Below are positions 18,751 to 28,838 of a stretch of 64,000 nucleotides of DNA, one piece after another. Position 1 is the stretch's first letter, and every line of letters begins with the position of its first letter. The notes beneath the pieces are model-generated. The model ran no database searches. It had not been told where the DNA came from and was given only the letters and a program-made list of their open reading frames with translations. The translations under genes and the position numbers were made by a program. The DNA comes from Armatimonadota bacterium (GTDB taxonomy: Bacteria; Armatimonadota; HRBIN16), in NCBI GenBank assembly GCA_963677485.1, contig OY781964.1, positions 2,720,001 to 2,784,000 of the forward strand, read 5' to 3'.

Positions 18751-20867
18751 CCCATCTGTGGATACAGCTTCAGGCCATACACGGTCACGGTGTCCTGCGG
18801 ACGCAGCTTCTGCAGCGGGCAGCTCAAACTAATGGGCAGCCGACCTTGGGAATCGGCGCGGGCGGTGACGATGAGCTGCTGCTGGCGTGGGTGCTTGATC
18901 GCGGTGCATTTGGCCACACCGGACCCAGTGCCCGCCTTCAACTCGAGCCGGGTGAAGCGGTGCGCCATCTTGACATCAGCATACACGCTATACCGCTTGC
19001 CCGGTTGAAGTCCGCTCAGCATACACTGCATACCGCCCGATTTACTGGGGTGGAGCACTATCTGTTGGCCAGATATCTGCGCACCGGCCTGCCGCCAGCC
19101 GGAGGCGGTCAGGGCGAGTTCCGGCTGTTTGAGCGGCTTGATGGGCAGCACCACTTGCAGAAGCGCACTGCCGAATGCGGGCAGCACACCCTCCCACTCC
19201 GCCTGACCGTTCTTCACGGTGAGGGTGATTCTCTGGCTGGGCTTGAATGCTGACTTCAGCTTGTACTTGGGCGAGAGTCGTGCCCACTGCGCCCAGCCAG
19301 CGTTATCCACCGTCGCTCGGATGTCGATGGCCAGCGGCATGTATTTAGGCGCCAGCTTGATATCGCGGCCCAAGTGACCGCCATTCGGACCCAGCTCGTA
19401 TGGGATGTTGTAGCGCTGCCGGTCTTGCAGCCATTCCGTCCACCAGTTGTTGTGCTTTTCGTCTATGAGGTACAACTCGGCCTGAAGCGGTCCGTTCGCT
19501 ATCGGCAGGTGGTCGAGTTTCAAGCTCACGGGTTCATCACCGGTGGCGGAGATGCCTTCGCGCAGATGCACCATCAGGCAGCGCAGCACAGTGGACTTGT
19601 CGTGCTGCACATACGCCCCCAGGCGCACATCGGCCTCAGGGTTCAGCTCCTGACCAGCCTGGCTGACCGGCAGCACGCGGCTGCCCTCCAGCATCTTGCT
19701 GATTCGGATGGCATGGAAAACCGGCGGATGCACGGCGTGGTAGTACAGCAGACCCAGATCACCGGTGGTCAGCGCATAGCGGTTCCAGGCCAGCACCACG
19801 TTGGGCTGCTGCCCCGCGCAGATGTTCTTCATATTGTATAACGCGGCCCCACGCTGTTCTGCAAAGTCCGTTTCAGCTGCACAAACCTGCCCGTTCTTGT
19901 CGGTACCGCCGTATGAATCGAAATACCCATACTCCGGCATGTGGATTTCCAGTGCCGAGAGCTGTGGGTACTTCGCGGTGAGCGCGTTCAGGTAATCCGA
20001 CTTCCACTTCATTCCCGCGGCGAAGGTCATGCCGATGGAGGCTTTCGGGTTCTTGCGTTTGATCGGCGAGAAGGGGTTGATCCAGTCCTCGCTGAGCACT
20101 GTCCAGTCGCTGAAGCCAAACCAGCCGATGTTGGTGCCTTTTTTACCCGTGGCGTAATTGGTGCCCTCGGCCCAGTGCTTCACATAATCCTCAGCCTGGC
20201 CAGGGAAGGCGTAGTAGCATCCCATATAGAGCTGACTGCCCAGCACCTGCTCCGCGGCATCGATCCAGTAGTCCATCATCTTGATGCACTCTCGGCGGTT
20301 ATCCGATTCATTCATCAGCGTCTGCGTACCGGGGATGACGCACTTAATCTGCCAGTCCATCTCAATGCCGAACAGGAACGTCCAGTTGCGCACCGCATCG
20401 CGGCTGTAGGTGTCCGCCAGCCACTGGAACATGCTCTTCAAGTAAGTGTGCCACTTGGGGTAGCTGTTGGGCTGCCGCACAGGGTAGCCGTATTCGGCGG
20501 TGACATGCCCGCCTTCCATCAACGGGGCGGGCATTGAAGGAGTGCCCATCACCAGTAACGGGGTCAGACCCCAGCGCAGCGTGGTGTCGAAAAACGCCTT
20601 ATGCGCGGGTGTGGGTGTATATACGATGTCGCCCGCGCTGTTCGTGGCCCAGGGCGTGGTGCGCGCCGATGAGCTATCCTCGGCGAACCATCCGAAGCCG
20701 TAGCGCTGGGTGCCCTCAAAGCGCGTCACCGCGTAGTTATTCGGTGGGTTCGGCTCATCGTAGAAGGCGTTGCTTTGCACCGCCTGGGGCACATGCCGGA
20801 AGAGCATCCCCCCATTCAACTGACCGCCGCAATCGACGATGAACTGACATCCGTTAGGGTTGGGCAT
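18747..20867 (-). CDS. Divergent GH39-like (clan GH-A) glycoside hydrolase
   Basis: VRNWTFLFGIEMDW resembles the GH39 acid/base segment; HMPEYG is a candidate nucleophile; LYLIDEKHNN C-terminal motif. The ORF-track N-terminal extension is repeat-derived. Confidence 0.5.
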   Translation of the reverse strand: MPNPNGCQFIVDCGGQLNGGMLFRHVPQAVQSNAFYDEPNPPNNYAVTRFEGTQRYGFGWFAEDSSSARTTPWATNSAGDIVYTPTPAHKAFFDTTLRWGLTPLLVMGTPSMPAPLMEGGHVTAEYGYPVRQPNSYPKWHTYLKSMFQWLADTYSRDAVRNWTFLFGIEMDWQIKCVIPGTQTLMNESDNRRECIKMMDYWIDAAEQVLGSQLYMGCYYAFPGQAEDYVKHWAEGTNYATGKKGTNIGWFGFSDWTVLSEDWINPFSPIKRKNPKASIGMTFAAGMKWKSDYLNALTAKYPQLSALEIHMPEYGYFDSYGGTDKNGQVCAAETDFAEQRGAALYNMKNICAGQQPNVVLAWNRYALTTGDLGLLYYHAVHPPVFHAIRISKMLEGSRVLPVSQAGQELNPEADVRLGAYVQHDKSTVLRCLMVHLREGISATGDEPVSLKLDHLPIANGPLQAELYLIDEKHNNWWTEWLQDRQRYNIPYELGPNGGHLGRDIKLAPKYMPLAIDIRATVDNAGWAQWARLSPKYKLKSAFKPSQRITLTVKNGQAEWEGVLPAFGSALLQVVLPIKPLKQPELALTASGWRQAGAQISGQQIVLHPSKSGGMQCMLSGLQPGKRYSVYADVKMAHRFTRLELKAGTGSGVAKCTAIKHPRQQQLIVTARADSQGRLPISLSCPLQKLRPQDTVTVYGLKLYPQMG

Positions 20868-21089
20868 TCGGCACCTCATGAGTGGTTTGGTATTGTATTG
20901 ATTATAACCGAAGGAGGAAGGAGAGGAGGAGACAGAAGAAAGGAGACGGGAGTCAGGAGGGGAGGGGATGAAGATGCTGCGTGTGTATGTGTGCGTGGAA
21001 CAAACTGTCATCGATCGAAATACAGGTATAATAGGACGATCCTTCAAGGGTAAGGCAGCACGTACATGAAAGCAGAATGAGGTATACCC

Positions 21090-21464
21090 ATGTCGACACC
21101 GGCCCAATCATTTACTGATTTAATTGTGTGGCAGAAGGCACATGCATTTGTGTTGACCATCTATGAACTATCCAACGCATTTCCGAAAACCGAGGTTTTT
21201 GGGCTCACATCGCAATTACGTCGAGCTGCAATATCAATTCCGGCTAATATCGCTGAAGGGTTCAAGAAACAAACACAACTCGATAAAGCCCGATTTATGA
21301 ATACCGCGGAAGGTTCGCTAGAGGAGTGTCGATACTATTTGATATTAGCTCATGATCTTGGTTATCTAGACAAAACTATCGCGTGGGAGCAGAGTACGGA
21401 AGTAGCACGGTTACTTAACAGTTACCGGATGGCGATCATGAGCAAGATACCATCAAAGCGTTAA
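21090..21464 (+). CDS. Four helix bundle protein (23S rRNA IVP / bAvd-like family)
   Basis: SFTDLIVWQKAH...FPKTEVFGLTSQLRRAAISIPANIAEG...AEGSLEECRYYLILAHDLGY. Confidence 0.95.
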   Translation: MSTPAQSFTDLIVWQKAHAFVLTIYELSNAFPKTEVFGLTSQLRRAAISIPANIAEGFKKQTQLDKARFMNTAEGSLEECRYYLILAHDLGYLDKTIAWEQSTEVARLLNSYRMAIMSKIPSKR

Positions 21465-21491
21465 GGCCTGTCAACTTAGGCATCTCCTCCC

Positions 21492-21566
<75 letters not shown>

Positions 21567-21582
21567 CCCTTGCCTCCTCCCC

Positions 21583-22569
21583 CTAGCGGCTGGCGAGGGC
21601 GGCGTTGAGAGCATTGATAAGTTTTCCCGAGGTGAAGTCAGGATATCTCACAAACTCATCACCCTTGCGGTCATATACGATAGACGTGAACAAGCTGTTG
21701 ATGCCGTAACGTCCGCTGATCACCGGGTCCATGCTGTAAGAAACTACCAGCGTATTCACCTTGTTTTTAAACCGGTCCAACAACTCGTTTTGCACCATCA
21801 CCAGCGGCCTAAGGTCACCGCGCGGGGCTGTGAAGAATACTACGCTGGGCTTATGGCTGCGGCGCGCCGCATCGATCTGGCGAATTTCACTGCGGTCGAT
21901 CAGTTTTGTATAGATGGAGCTCGCCCATTTTCTATCGAGCTCGATTCGACAACGCTGTCCCATCAACTGGAAGTAGTCGAAAAGCATCCTGGACTTTTTG
22001 CGCTGATAGACGAAGTCATTGGCATCTATGATCTTCTGGGCCAGGTTGGTATCAAGGTCAACCTGCCTTTTGACGTAAAGCGCGTTCAGCATCTCTACCG
22101 AATTGACTTCTATGGAGGAGTATAAATGCTGGAAATAGGCACTCTGAAGCATGTCGAGAGGAGCGTCAGGGGCTATTTTGTTGGCTGCAGCCCATTGGCG
22201 TGCTTCTCCAAGCTCAAAAGTCTTCATGCATTTTGTTTCCAGTATCATGGGAAGCCGTACTTCAACACGCCGAAGCATTGAGGGGTCTTGGATCTGCTCT
22301 ACACCCAGCTCGCTCTCCTTCACCACTAGCTTACCCGAACGCGCCAGCACGCCATCGGGCAGATCGGCTAAGATGGCGGTGGTGAGTCCAGAAGAGAACA
22401 TGCCAGGAAAACTCAACTCGGTTTGGCTGGGAGGTATGTAGCCGGAGTTGCTGTCGATGACCGCGATTTGGGCCGCAATGATGATCCCTGCAAGCATGCC
22501 GACCAAGCTTGCAGAAACTATGCCGACTATATGGTTCTGTGGTTGAGGTGCTTCATCATTCATCATCAT
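21583..22569 (-). CDS. Membrane-anchored protein with a C-terminal thioredoxin-like fold lacking CxxC
   Basis: N-terminal TM helix; KPSVVFFTAPRGDLR...YGINSLFTSIVYDRKGDE; overlaps the upstream CNNM gene. Confidence 0.5.
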   Translation of the reverse strand: MMMNDEAPQPQNHIVGIVSASLVGMLAGIIIAAQIAVIDSNSGYIPPSQTELSFPGMFSSGLTTAILADLPDGVLARSGKLVVKESELGVEQIQDPSMLRRVEVRLPMILETKCMKTFELGEARQWAAANKIAPDAPLDMLQSAYFQHLYSSIEVNSVEMLNALYVKRQVDLDTNLAQKIIDANDFVYQRKKSRMLFDYFQLMGQRCRIELDRKWASSIYTKLIDRSEIRQIDAARRSHKPSVVFFTAPRGDLRPLVMVQNELLDRFKNKVNTLVVSYSMDPVISGRYGINSLFTSIVYDRKGDEFVRYPDFTSGKLINALNAALASR

Positions 22570-23884
22570 TCCCTGCCTGGTCGGGAGGACTGTTCATCAA
22601 ACTGACGAGACACTGCGCTACACCATGTCCTTCGACTTTTGTAACCACGAACTCCAGGTTTTCGTATACCACACGGTCATTCATTTCCGGTGGCCTACCC
22701 AGCAGTGTTAACACCAGCCCACTGACCGAATCCACTTCTTCATGTTCAAGGTCGCAGCCTAGACGTTCCCCAAGTTCATCCAGCCTAACCGTGCCCTCTG
22801 CCAGTACTTGCTGTGTTCCTGCATTAAGTATAGCATCTGGGTTATCATTTCCTTCATCTATTTCGCCAACCAGTTCGGCAAACAGGTCACCGGTGGTCAC
22901 CACCCCGGCGGTACCGCCGTGTTCATCCATCACCACAACCAACTGGGTTCTGGTGACGCGCATGCGTTCCAGCACCGCTTCCAGCTCTGTGGTTTCAGGA
23001 ATGAATGGCGCTTCACGTATCATGTCACGGTTAAGCGGTTGCTCTGTGACAATCAGCCTGAGCACATCCTTGATATGCACCACCCCTATGATATGGTCCA
23101 GATCACCTTCATACACCGGATACCGTGTGTGCTGGTTTTCGGCTACCAGTTGTCGGAGCTGCTCATTGCTGGCATCCACCGGCAGGCCATCGATGTGAAC
23201 CCTCGGCACCATTACCTCACCAGCGGTCAGCTCCCCAAACTCAAACAGCTCCCGCATCACCTGACCGGCTTCACCATGCAGCAGCCCTTCAGCCTGGCTT
23301 TCCTGCACGATGAGTTCCAGCTCTTCCGGTGTGTGGTAGTAGTTGGTGTTGATCTGCCGTTTGACGCCAAACAGCCGCAGGATCAGGTTACCCAGCGAAT
23401 TCAACAGCCATACTAGAGGGGACAGAACCCTGTAGATCGCCACCATGATGGGTGCCACCGTAAGAGCAGTCTTCTCCGCACTGTCCAATGCCAGCGACTT
23501 TGGCACCATCTCGCCCAGCACGATGTGCAGGAAGGTCAACAACGCCATTGATAGTATGCTGCTGATGGTATGCACAACCACCCAGTCGGGCATGGTGACC
23601 GCATGCAGCAAGTTGGCGATGCCCGTGGCTAGTACGTGCTCACCATACATACCAAGCCCCAGGCTGGCGATGGTGATGCCAATCTGCGCCGTCGCCAGAT
23701 AGCGGTCTTGACGGATGGTGCTCTGCAGCACACGCAAAACCAGTTTAGCGCCGGAATGACCGTCAGCCGCATTCGTCTCAATGGTTGCGCGGGAGACTCC
23801 GACAATAGAGAACTCCGCGATGACGAAAAGGGCATTGAGCAGGATTAAAACTGCGATGATGAGGGTAGGAATGAGCACACTCAT
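22556..23884 (-). CDS. Hemolysin-family / CNNM (DUF21-CBS-CorC) protein
   Basis: NALFVIAEFS, QIGIT, GEMVPKSLAL, VMVPR, HTRYPVY, VMDEHGGTAG, ELVGEI. Confidence 0.93.
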   Translation of the reverse strand: MSVLIPTLIIAVLILLNALFVIAEFSIVGVSRATIETNAADGHSGAKLVLRVLQSTIRQDRYLATAQIGITIASLGLGMYGEHVLATGIANLLHAVTMPDWVVVHTISSILSMALLTFLHIVLGEMVPKSLALDSAEKTALTVAPIMVAIYRVLSPLVWLLNSLGNLILRLFGVKRQINTNYYHTPEELELIVQESQAEGLLHGEAGQVMRELFEFGELTAGEVMVPRVHIDGLPVDASNEQLRQLVAENQHTRYPVYEGDLDHIIGVVHIKDVLRLIVTEQPLNRDMIREAPFIPETTELEAVLERMRVTRTQLVVVMDEHGGTAGVVTTGDLFAELVGEIDEGNDNPDAILNAGTQQVLAEGTVRLDELGERLGCDLEHEEVDSVSGLVLTLLGRPPEMNDRVVYENLEFVVTKVEGHGVAQCLVSLMNSPPDQAGNDDE

Positions 23885-25191
23885 GATTTCTCATCCTCTT
23901 TCTCATCACTCGCGACCGGCTTGACAATCACCCAGGTGATCACATTATCTTCCACGCTCTCCACTGTGGCCTCTGTACCATCAATGATCAGCACTTGCCC
24001 CGCCTGAGGGATATCACCCAGCTCCTCCATCACACGTCCTGCGACTGTGTGGGCCTGACCCTGCCATTCCACGCCGATATACTCGGATACCTCATCAATG
24101 CTCATCAGACCAGGCAGTCTCACTCTGCCGTCCGGAAGCACCACCGGCTCGGGATCGGCCTCTTTGAACTCATCGGCCATATCGCCTAATAGCTCACCCA
24201 GCACATCCTCCAGTGTGACCAAACCCTCCATGTCGGAGTATTCGTTGATCACAATCAACATATTAGTGCGCTTTTGACGCATCATAGTAAGCAGCCGCTC
24301 TACCGTCACGTTCTCCAGCACATACTGGACAGGTTTCAGCAGGCTTTCGATCGGAGGCATTTCGCCGCTTTGCAGCAGATGGTTCACGACATCTTTGGTA
24401 TGCACAATCCCTACGATATGGTCCATATCCTCGCGATAGGCGGGAAGCCTTGAAAAGGGGCTGTCTAGAATCTGCTGCCAGAGCTGTGTTTGGGGGTTTG
24501 ATAGATCGATGAACTCCACCTGACGGGTGGGCACCATGATCTGGTTCACATTCCGCATTCCGAACTGAAGGGCTTGATGCAAGCGCTGATGCTCATCGGG
24601 CTCAAGATAACCGCCGTCCCGGCTATCCACCAGCAGCATGTCGATCTCTTCGGGGCTGTGAATATGGTGGTGGCTGCCAGGGGTGTGTCCCATCAACCTC
24701 AAAATGAAGTGTCCGCAGCCATTCAGCACACGGATGGAGCCGCCGAAAAGAACCAAACTCCAACGCATCGGCCAGTAGGTGGCCATTGCTACCCGTAGAG
24801 TATATTGCAGGGCGAGTGATTTTGGGATCAGTTCAGCCACGAGTACTTGCGTCACCGTCATGACCACCAATACCGTCAATGCAGAGACGGAGGCAGTGGC
24901 GTGGGTGATGCCGAGTGATTGATACCAGGGTTGTAGAAGTCCAGAGAGGCGCGCCTGACTGTATGCGCCTAATACCAGGCTTGTAAGGGTAATACCAACC
25001 TGACAGGCCGCAATATAGCGGTCCAGGTGCAGTGGGCTGTCGATTTCGGCAAATAGCCGCGAAGCCATTGTGTTGCCTTGTAAGCTGAGTTGTCGCAGTT
25101 GAGTTTTTCGCACGCTCACGGCTGCGAATTCAGCCGCGACATACACCGCGTTGGCGGCGATGAGCAGTGCTACCACAATAAATTCTGTCAT
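23881..25191 (-). CDS. Hemolysin-family / CNNM (DUF21-CBS-CorC) protein, paralog
   Basis: NAVYVAAEFA, CQVGIT, AELIPKSLAL, FSRLPAY, TLEDVLGELLG. Confidence 0.93.
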   Translation of the reverse strand: MTEFIVVALLIAANAVYVAAEFAAVSVRKTQLRQLSLQGNTMASRLFAEIDSPLHLDRYIAACQVGITLTSLVLGAYSQARLSGLLQPWYQSLGITHATASVSALTVLVVMTVTQVLVAELIPKSLALQYTLRVAMATYWPMRWSLVLFGGSIRVLNGCGHFILRLMGHTPGSHHHIHSPEEIDMLLVDSRDGGYLEPDEHQRLHQALQFGMRNVNQIMVPTRQVEFIDLSNPQTQLWQQILDSPFSRLPAYREDMDHIVGIVHTKDVVNHLLQSGEMPPIESLLKPVQYVLENVTVERLLTMMRQKRTNMLIVINEYSDMEGLVTLEDVLGELLGDMADEFKEADPEPVVLPDGRVRLPGLMSIDEVSEYIGVEWQGQAHTVAGRVMEELGDIPQAGQVLIIDGTEATVESVEDNVITWVIVKPVASDEKEDEKS

Positions 25192-25429
25192 ATCAGAAAA
25201 GGCTGCCAGCCTAAGTGGTCGTCTATGTCTTCTTCCATGCTACTCATTATACATCATATGAACACGGATACCTCTCAAATGTAAGCGTATTTCATCCGAT
25301 GTTGATGGCAGTGTGGCTGCCTTATTGTGATATATTCCGAAAACTAGTATTTTTGCGAACACTGCCTGGGGTACTAAATTGTTAAAATCTCAATGGTATG
25401 GTCCATCATGTATTAATATGGGGGGATTT

Positions 25430-25738
25430 ATGGCCATCTACTGGGGATTCATCTGCGGGATACTCTCTTCGAATTTGACGGAAGCCGGCAGCACGGGGCT
25501 GTTGTTCGGAGTATACGCAGTCTGCGAAGTGCTTTGGCGTATGAGGCATCTGCTGTTTAGGTCCGAGCATCACATCATTCATAGCGCCGCTTACGATCCT
25601 GCTGTTGGTCAGGCCTTGCTTCATGTACGGCACGCGTTCCGCGACTGGACATTCTATCTCTACCTCGGGCTGCGTCACGGGGCCATCGCCAGTGTCGCGT
25701 CTATCGTCGTCTGGGGCATCAAGCACGTCGCTAGCTGA
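25430..25738 (+). CDS. Small hypothetical membrane protein
   Basis: Hydrophobic segments and a GGGGGA SD; no recognisable family. Confidence 0.45.
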   Translation: MAIYWGFICGILSSNLTEAGSTGLLFGVYAVCEVLWRMRHLLFRSEHHIIHSAAYDPAVGQALLHVRHAFRDWTFYLYLGLRHGAIASVASIVVWGIKHVAS

Positions 25739-25746
25739 CAAGGCGG

Positions 25747-26271
25747 CTACTCGCGTAAAGCCATCTCTCTTTTCAGTTTGCTCGCCCTGCGCCAGTAAGA
25801 CATAAAAAGCTTGGCAAAAATGGCTGTGAACACTACGCCTATGCTCACAGGTGCCAGCATCTCATGTTGGTAGTTCATGACGCCAAAGACCGCTATCGCG
25901 AATTCGATGATGGCGATAGTTCCGATCAATGTCATGATCCTCTGGTAGTGCTTCAGCCGCGATGGCAGATCAGTATATAGATCAAATGGTCCGTCGGTGC
26001 TTCTACGGCGGAAATAGGCCCACCGCCAGTAGGTGTCCACGCACTCAGCGCCTGTCTCCTCCACGAACTTGATATACGCCTGGCCTTCTATATGCGATGG
26101 AAGGTTGTCCATCAGCTCGATACGATAGGTATATTCCCCAGGTTCACCCTCTTCGAACAGATACTGGGGTACGCAGTAACTGATGAACTGGTAGCCTTTT
26201 GCCGCCATCTCATTGAGCCATTTTTCCTCTTTCTCAAAGTCCAGAAAGAGCCGAGTGACTTTATGTCTCAT
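25747..26271 (-). CDS. DUF2812 domain protein
   Basis: EKEEKWLNEMAAKG...Y.FE.GEPGEY.YRIE...WAYFRR; typical PadR partner. Confidence 0.85.
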   Translation of the reverse strand: MRHKVTRLFLDFEKEEKWLNEMAAKGYQFISYCVPQYLFEEGEPGEYTYRIELMDNLPSHIEGQAYIKFVEETGAECVDTYWRWAYFRRRSTDGPFDLYTDLPSRLKHYQRIMTLIGTIAIIEFAIAVFGVMNYQHEMLAPVSIGVVFTAIFAKLFMSYWRRASKLKREMALRE

Positions 26272-26594
26272 TGACTTCCTCCAATGATTGTTCTGCTGTG
26301 ATCAAGTAGCTGCTGCAAACGAATCACCTCATCAAGCATGATCTGATGCCCTGCCGGGGTGATTTCATACTCCTTCTTGCGGCTGCTGTCCGAGGCGCGC
26401 AACGCGCGGATCCACCCTTTTTCGAGCAGCGTACTGACCGCGCCGTAGAGGGTGCCCGGACCCAGTTGCACACGCTCTGCGGTCATCTCCTTCACAAACT
26501 GCATGATGCCGTAACCATGCATAGGTGTATGAAGTGCTAATAACACATAGAACACCGCTTCGGTCAGTGCGCCGCGGTCCGTGCTTTCAGGCAT
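26268..26594 (-). CDS. PadR family transcriptional regulator
   Basis: LTEAVFYVLLAL..PMHGYGIMQ...GPGTLYG...RKKEYEITPAG. Confidence 0.93.
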   Translation of the reverse strand: MPESTDRGALTEAVFYVLLALHTPMHGYGIMQFVKEMTAERVQLGPGTLYGAVSTLLEKGWIRALRASDSSRKKEYEITPAGHQIMLDEVIRLQQLLDHSRTIIGGSQ

Positions 26595-26618
26595 TTGGTG
26601 TCCCCCTCCATCTGGTAG

Positions 26619-26687
26619 TATCGTCAGGCGATATATCGGCTGACGATATATATATCAAGTATATCGGCTGACGATATACTGTGTCAA
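26619..26687 (-). promoter_or_regulatory. Three TATCG-N5-CGATA operators overlapping a TTGACA/TATACT promoter
   Basis: Boxes at 26619-26633, 26634-26648 and 26662-26676; minus-strand -35 at 26682-26687 and -10 at 26658-26663. Confidence 0.8.
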
Positions 26688-26830
26688 TACTTTGCGGGTG
26701 ATATTTCAAAATCCGTCATCGATGAAGGCCAATCCAATGATTTGTTGCCTGCACTGTAGCTGCCGTGTTAGCATAGCAGTAGTCAACTACAATTGCTGTG
26801 CCCAGGCATACACAAGAGAGGTTTCGCACG

Positions 26831-28810
26831 ATGAAGTTCCCGCTGCTTTTACTCACATCCCTGTCACTGTCGTTCGCTGTCGGCACGGTCACTGCCGCCC
26901 AGCTCAAGCTTACCGGTCATATCGGCGGCCATAAGCTTAGTTTCACAGGCAAATCCATAGACAGCACCGCCAGCTATACGGTGAAAGGCCAGCCTGAGTA
27001 TCTCGCCATCACGGAGATATACCCAGACACCACCAAGGATGTGGAGTATCGCTACCAGCTCTCTGCACCCGGTATCGGTGTATACCATCGAACCCGGAAA
27101 AGCCTGGGGTTTGGGCCAATCAGCTACTTCATCAAGGTGAATAAGTATCCGCTGGGCAGCATCACCATCAGCACCGATGGCAAGCCGGTCTGTATTCAGT
27201 CCGTGCGCGGGGTCACCGCCCAGGAGCTGCGCAAGATCAAAACCGCCGACAGCTTCCAGCTGATGGGCCTCATCCCCACCACCAACCCGAAGGAACGCCA
27301 ACGGCTGGTGGATGTGCTCATGACCCGCCTTCGCACGCTGCCGGAGTATCACATCACCCGTGGTATGGCCTTCGAAATCCGCTACGCCAACATGGATGTA
27401 GGTGGCGTGAAGGCGGAGCTGGCACTCAGTCAGAAGTGGGCGAAGCAATACCAAGTGCCCATGATGCTGGGCATGGTCTCCTGGTGGGTGGGCACCCCGT
27501 TAGGTATTCCCGATGGGCTGGGAGGAACATTCAGCGACCTCAAATACCAGCAGGTTTGCTACTCCCCCGATGTGGAGATGCCCGAAAACCCCGCTTTGCG
27601 ATCTCTGCTGGGCGACCGTTATAACCACCACTACGGACTGACCACGCCCAATATATGGAGCAACACGCCCTGGTTGACGATGAACAGCGATGTGCTGAAT
27701 AACTACCGGTATAAGCGCATGATGGACACTATCAGTTCACTGAAGCAGATCAGTCCCAATGACACTAGCTGGGTGGCCAGCATCTTCCTTGAGAATGAGC
27801 CGCGTTACTGGGATACTCAGATGGAGGCGGGCAACCCGAAGGCGGGTCGGCAAGGGAAACCGCTATGGGGTGACTTCAACCCATTACTCATTGAAGCTGC
27901 CCGTAAAGATGGAGTGGATATCAACCCCGTAGACGGCATGTCCGATGTGGAGTTGTGCTGGCTGCACCAAAACGTCGGTCGGTATGATCAGGCTGCCGTG
28001 AACGGCCTCAACACCGCCATCAAAACACAGCGATGGGGATTAAAGCTGCCAGTATATACACACGCGATGCAGTTCCAGCACTTCTACGGTGGCGAACAGA
28101 TCAAGCATGCGACCTCTGAGTGGGCCTACGCGAAAAACGCCCTCACCGGTATCGAAGGGATATTCTGCACCGTGTCGGACTTCTACCGCATACGCGAGTG
28201 GGGGCCGTGGGTGAACCTGAACCGCGAAGAGACGGATGGTCTGCCCACCGACGCGCACCTGTGGGATATGCGTGTGGACTACATGATGGGCGGAGGGCTA
28301 TACAACAGCTACAACTGGCATATCCTGGGCGAAGACCGGTTCTTCGACTACGTCAACAAGTTCCTGGACAACCTGCCGGTGGTGAACCTTCGCCCCGCTC
28401 AAGTGCGGTACACCAGTGCAGATAGTCTGACCATGCGCGCTCCCATGCAGTTGCAGGCGTTCACAGGTGTGCGGCTGCCCGTTGAGGTGTTAAAGTCTTT
28501 AGGCGCCCAGATCAGCCTGGTGGTGAGGGACGGCTCCGGCAATGAATACAGCTCACAGCCGCAGTCCGTGGAGCTCAAACCTGGCCAGCACAGCTTGAGC
28601 TTCGAATTCCCAACTCCAGCCGAATGTGGCTACCAGTTGGATGCCACCGTGTCACTTCGGGTGACCGATGCGAAGGGTAAGGTGATTTCCGGTGTGGCGG
28701 GGTTCGTGCCCGCTTCCGCAGAGAATATGATGTTGTCCCTCGATCTGCAGGCCCAGCGCGGCCTGAGCCAGTGGGTGATACAGCAAAGCAAAGCCCAGAG
28801 CTGGAAGTAG
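26831..28810 (+). CDS. Secreted hypothetical protein, possible clan GH-A glycoside hydrolase
   Basis: Signal peptide MKFPLLLLTSLSLSFAVG; IFLENEPRYW resembles the GH-A NEP motif. Confidence 0.45.
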   Translation: MKFPLLLLTSLSLSFAVGTVTAAQLKLTGHIGGHKLSFTGKSIDSTASYTVKGQPEYLAITEIYPDTTKDVEYRYQLSAPGIGVYHRTRKSLGFGPISYFIKVNKYPLGSITISTDGKPVCIQSVRGVTAQELRKIKTADSFQLMGLIPTTNPKERQRLVDVLMTRLRTLPEYHITRGMAFEIRYANMDVGGVKAELALSQKWAKQYQVPMMLGMVSWWVGTPLGIPDGLGGTFSDLKYQQVCYSPDVEMPENPALRSLLGDRYNHHYGLTTPNIWSNTPWLTMNSDVLNNYRYKRMMDTISSLKQISPNDTSWVASIFLENEPRYWDTQMEAGNPKAGRQGKPLWGDFNPLLIEAARKDGVDINPVDGMSDVELCWLHQNVGRYDQAAVNGLNTAIKTQRWGLKLPVYTHAMQFQHFYGGEQIKHATSEWAYAKNALTGIEGIFCTVSDFYRIREWGPWVNLNREETDGLPTDAHLWDMRVDYMMGGGLYNSYNWHILGEDRFFDYVNKFLDNLPVVNLRPAQVRYTSADSLTMRAPMQLQAFTGVRLPVEVLKSLGAQISLVVRDGSGNEYSSQPQSVELKPGQHSLSFEFPTPAECGYQLDATVSLRVTDAKGKVISGVAGFVPASAENMMLSLDLQAQRGLSQWVIQQSKAQSWK

Positions 28811-28838
28811 GGACAGCGAGAATATTGGAGATTTAAGA

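Noticed and set aside
21090-21464. Diversity-generating retroelement (Avd)
   Set aside because: No reverse transcriptase and no TR/VR pair with adenine-specific mismatches in the window.
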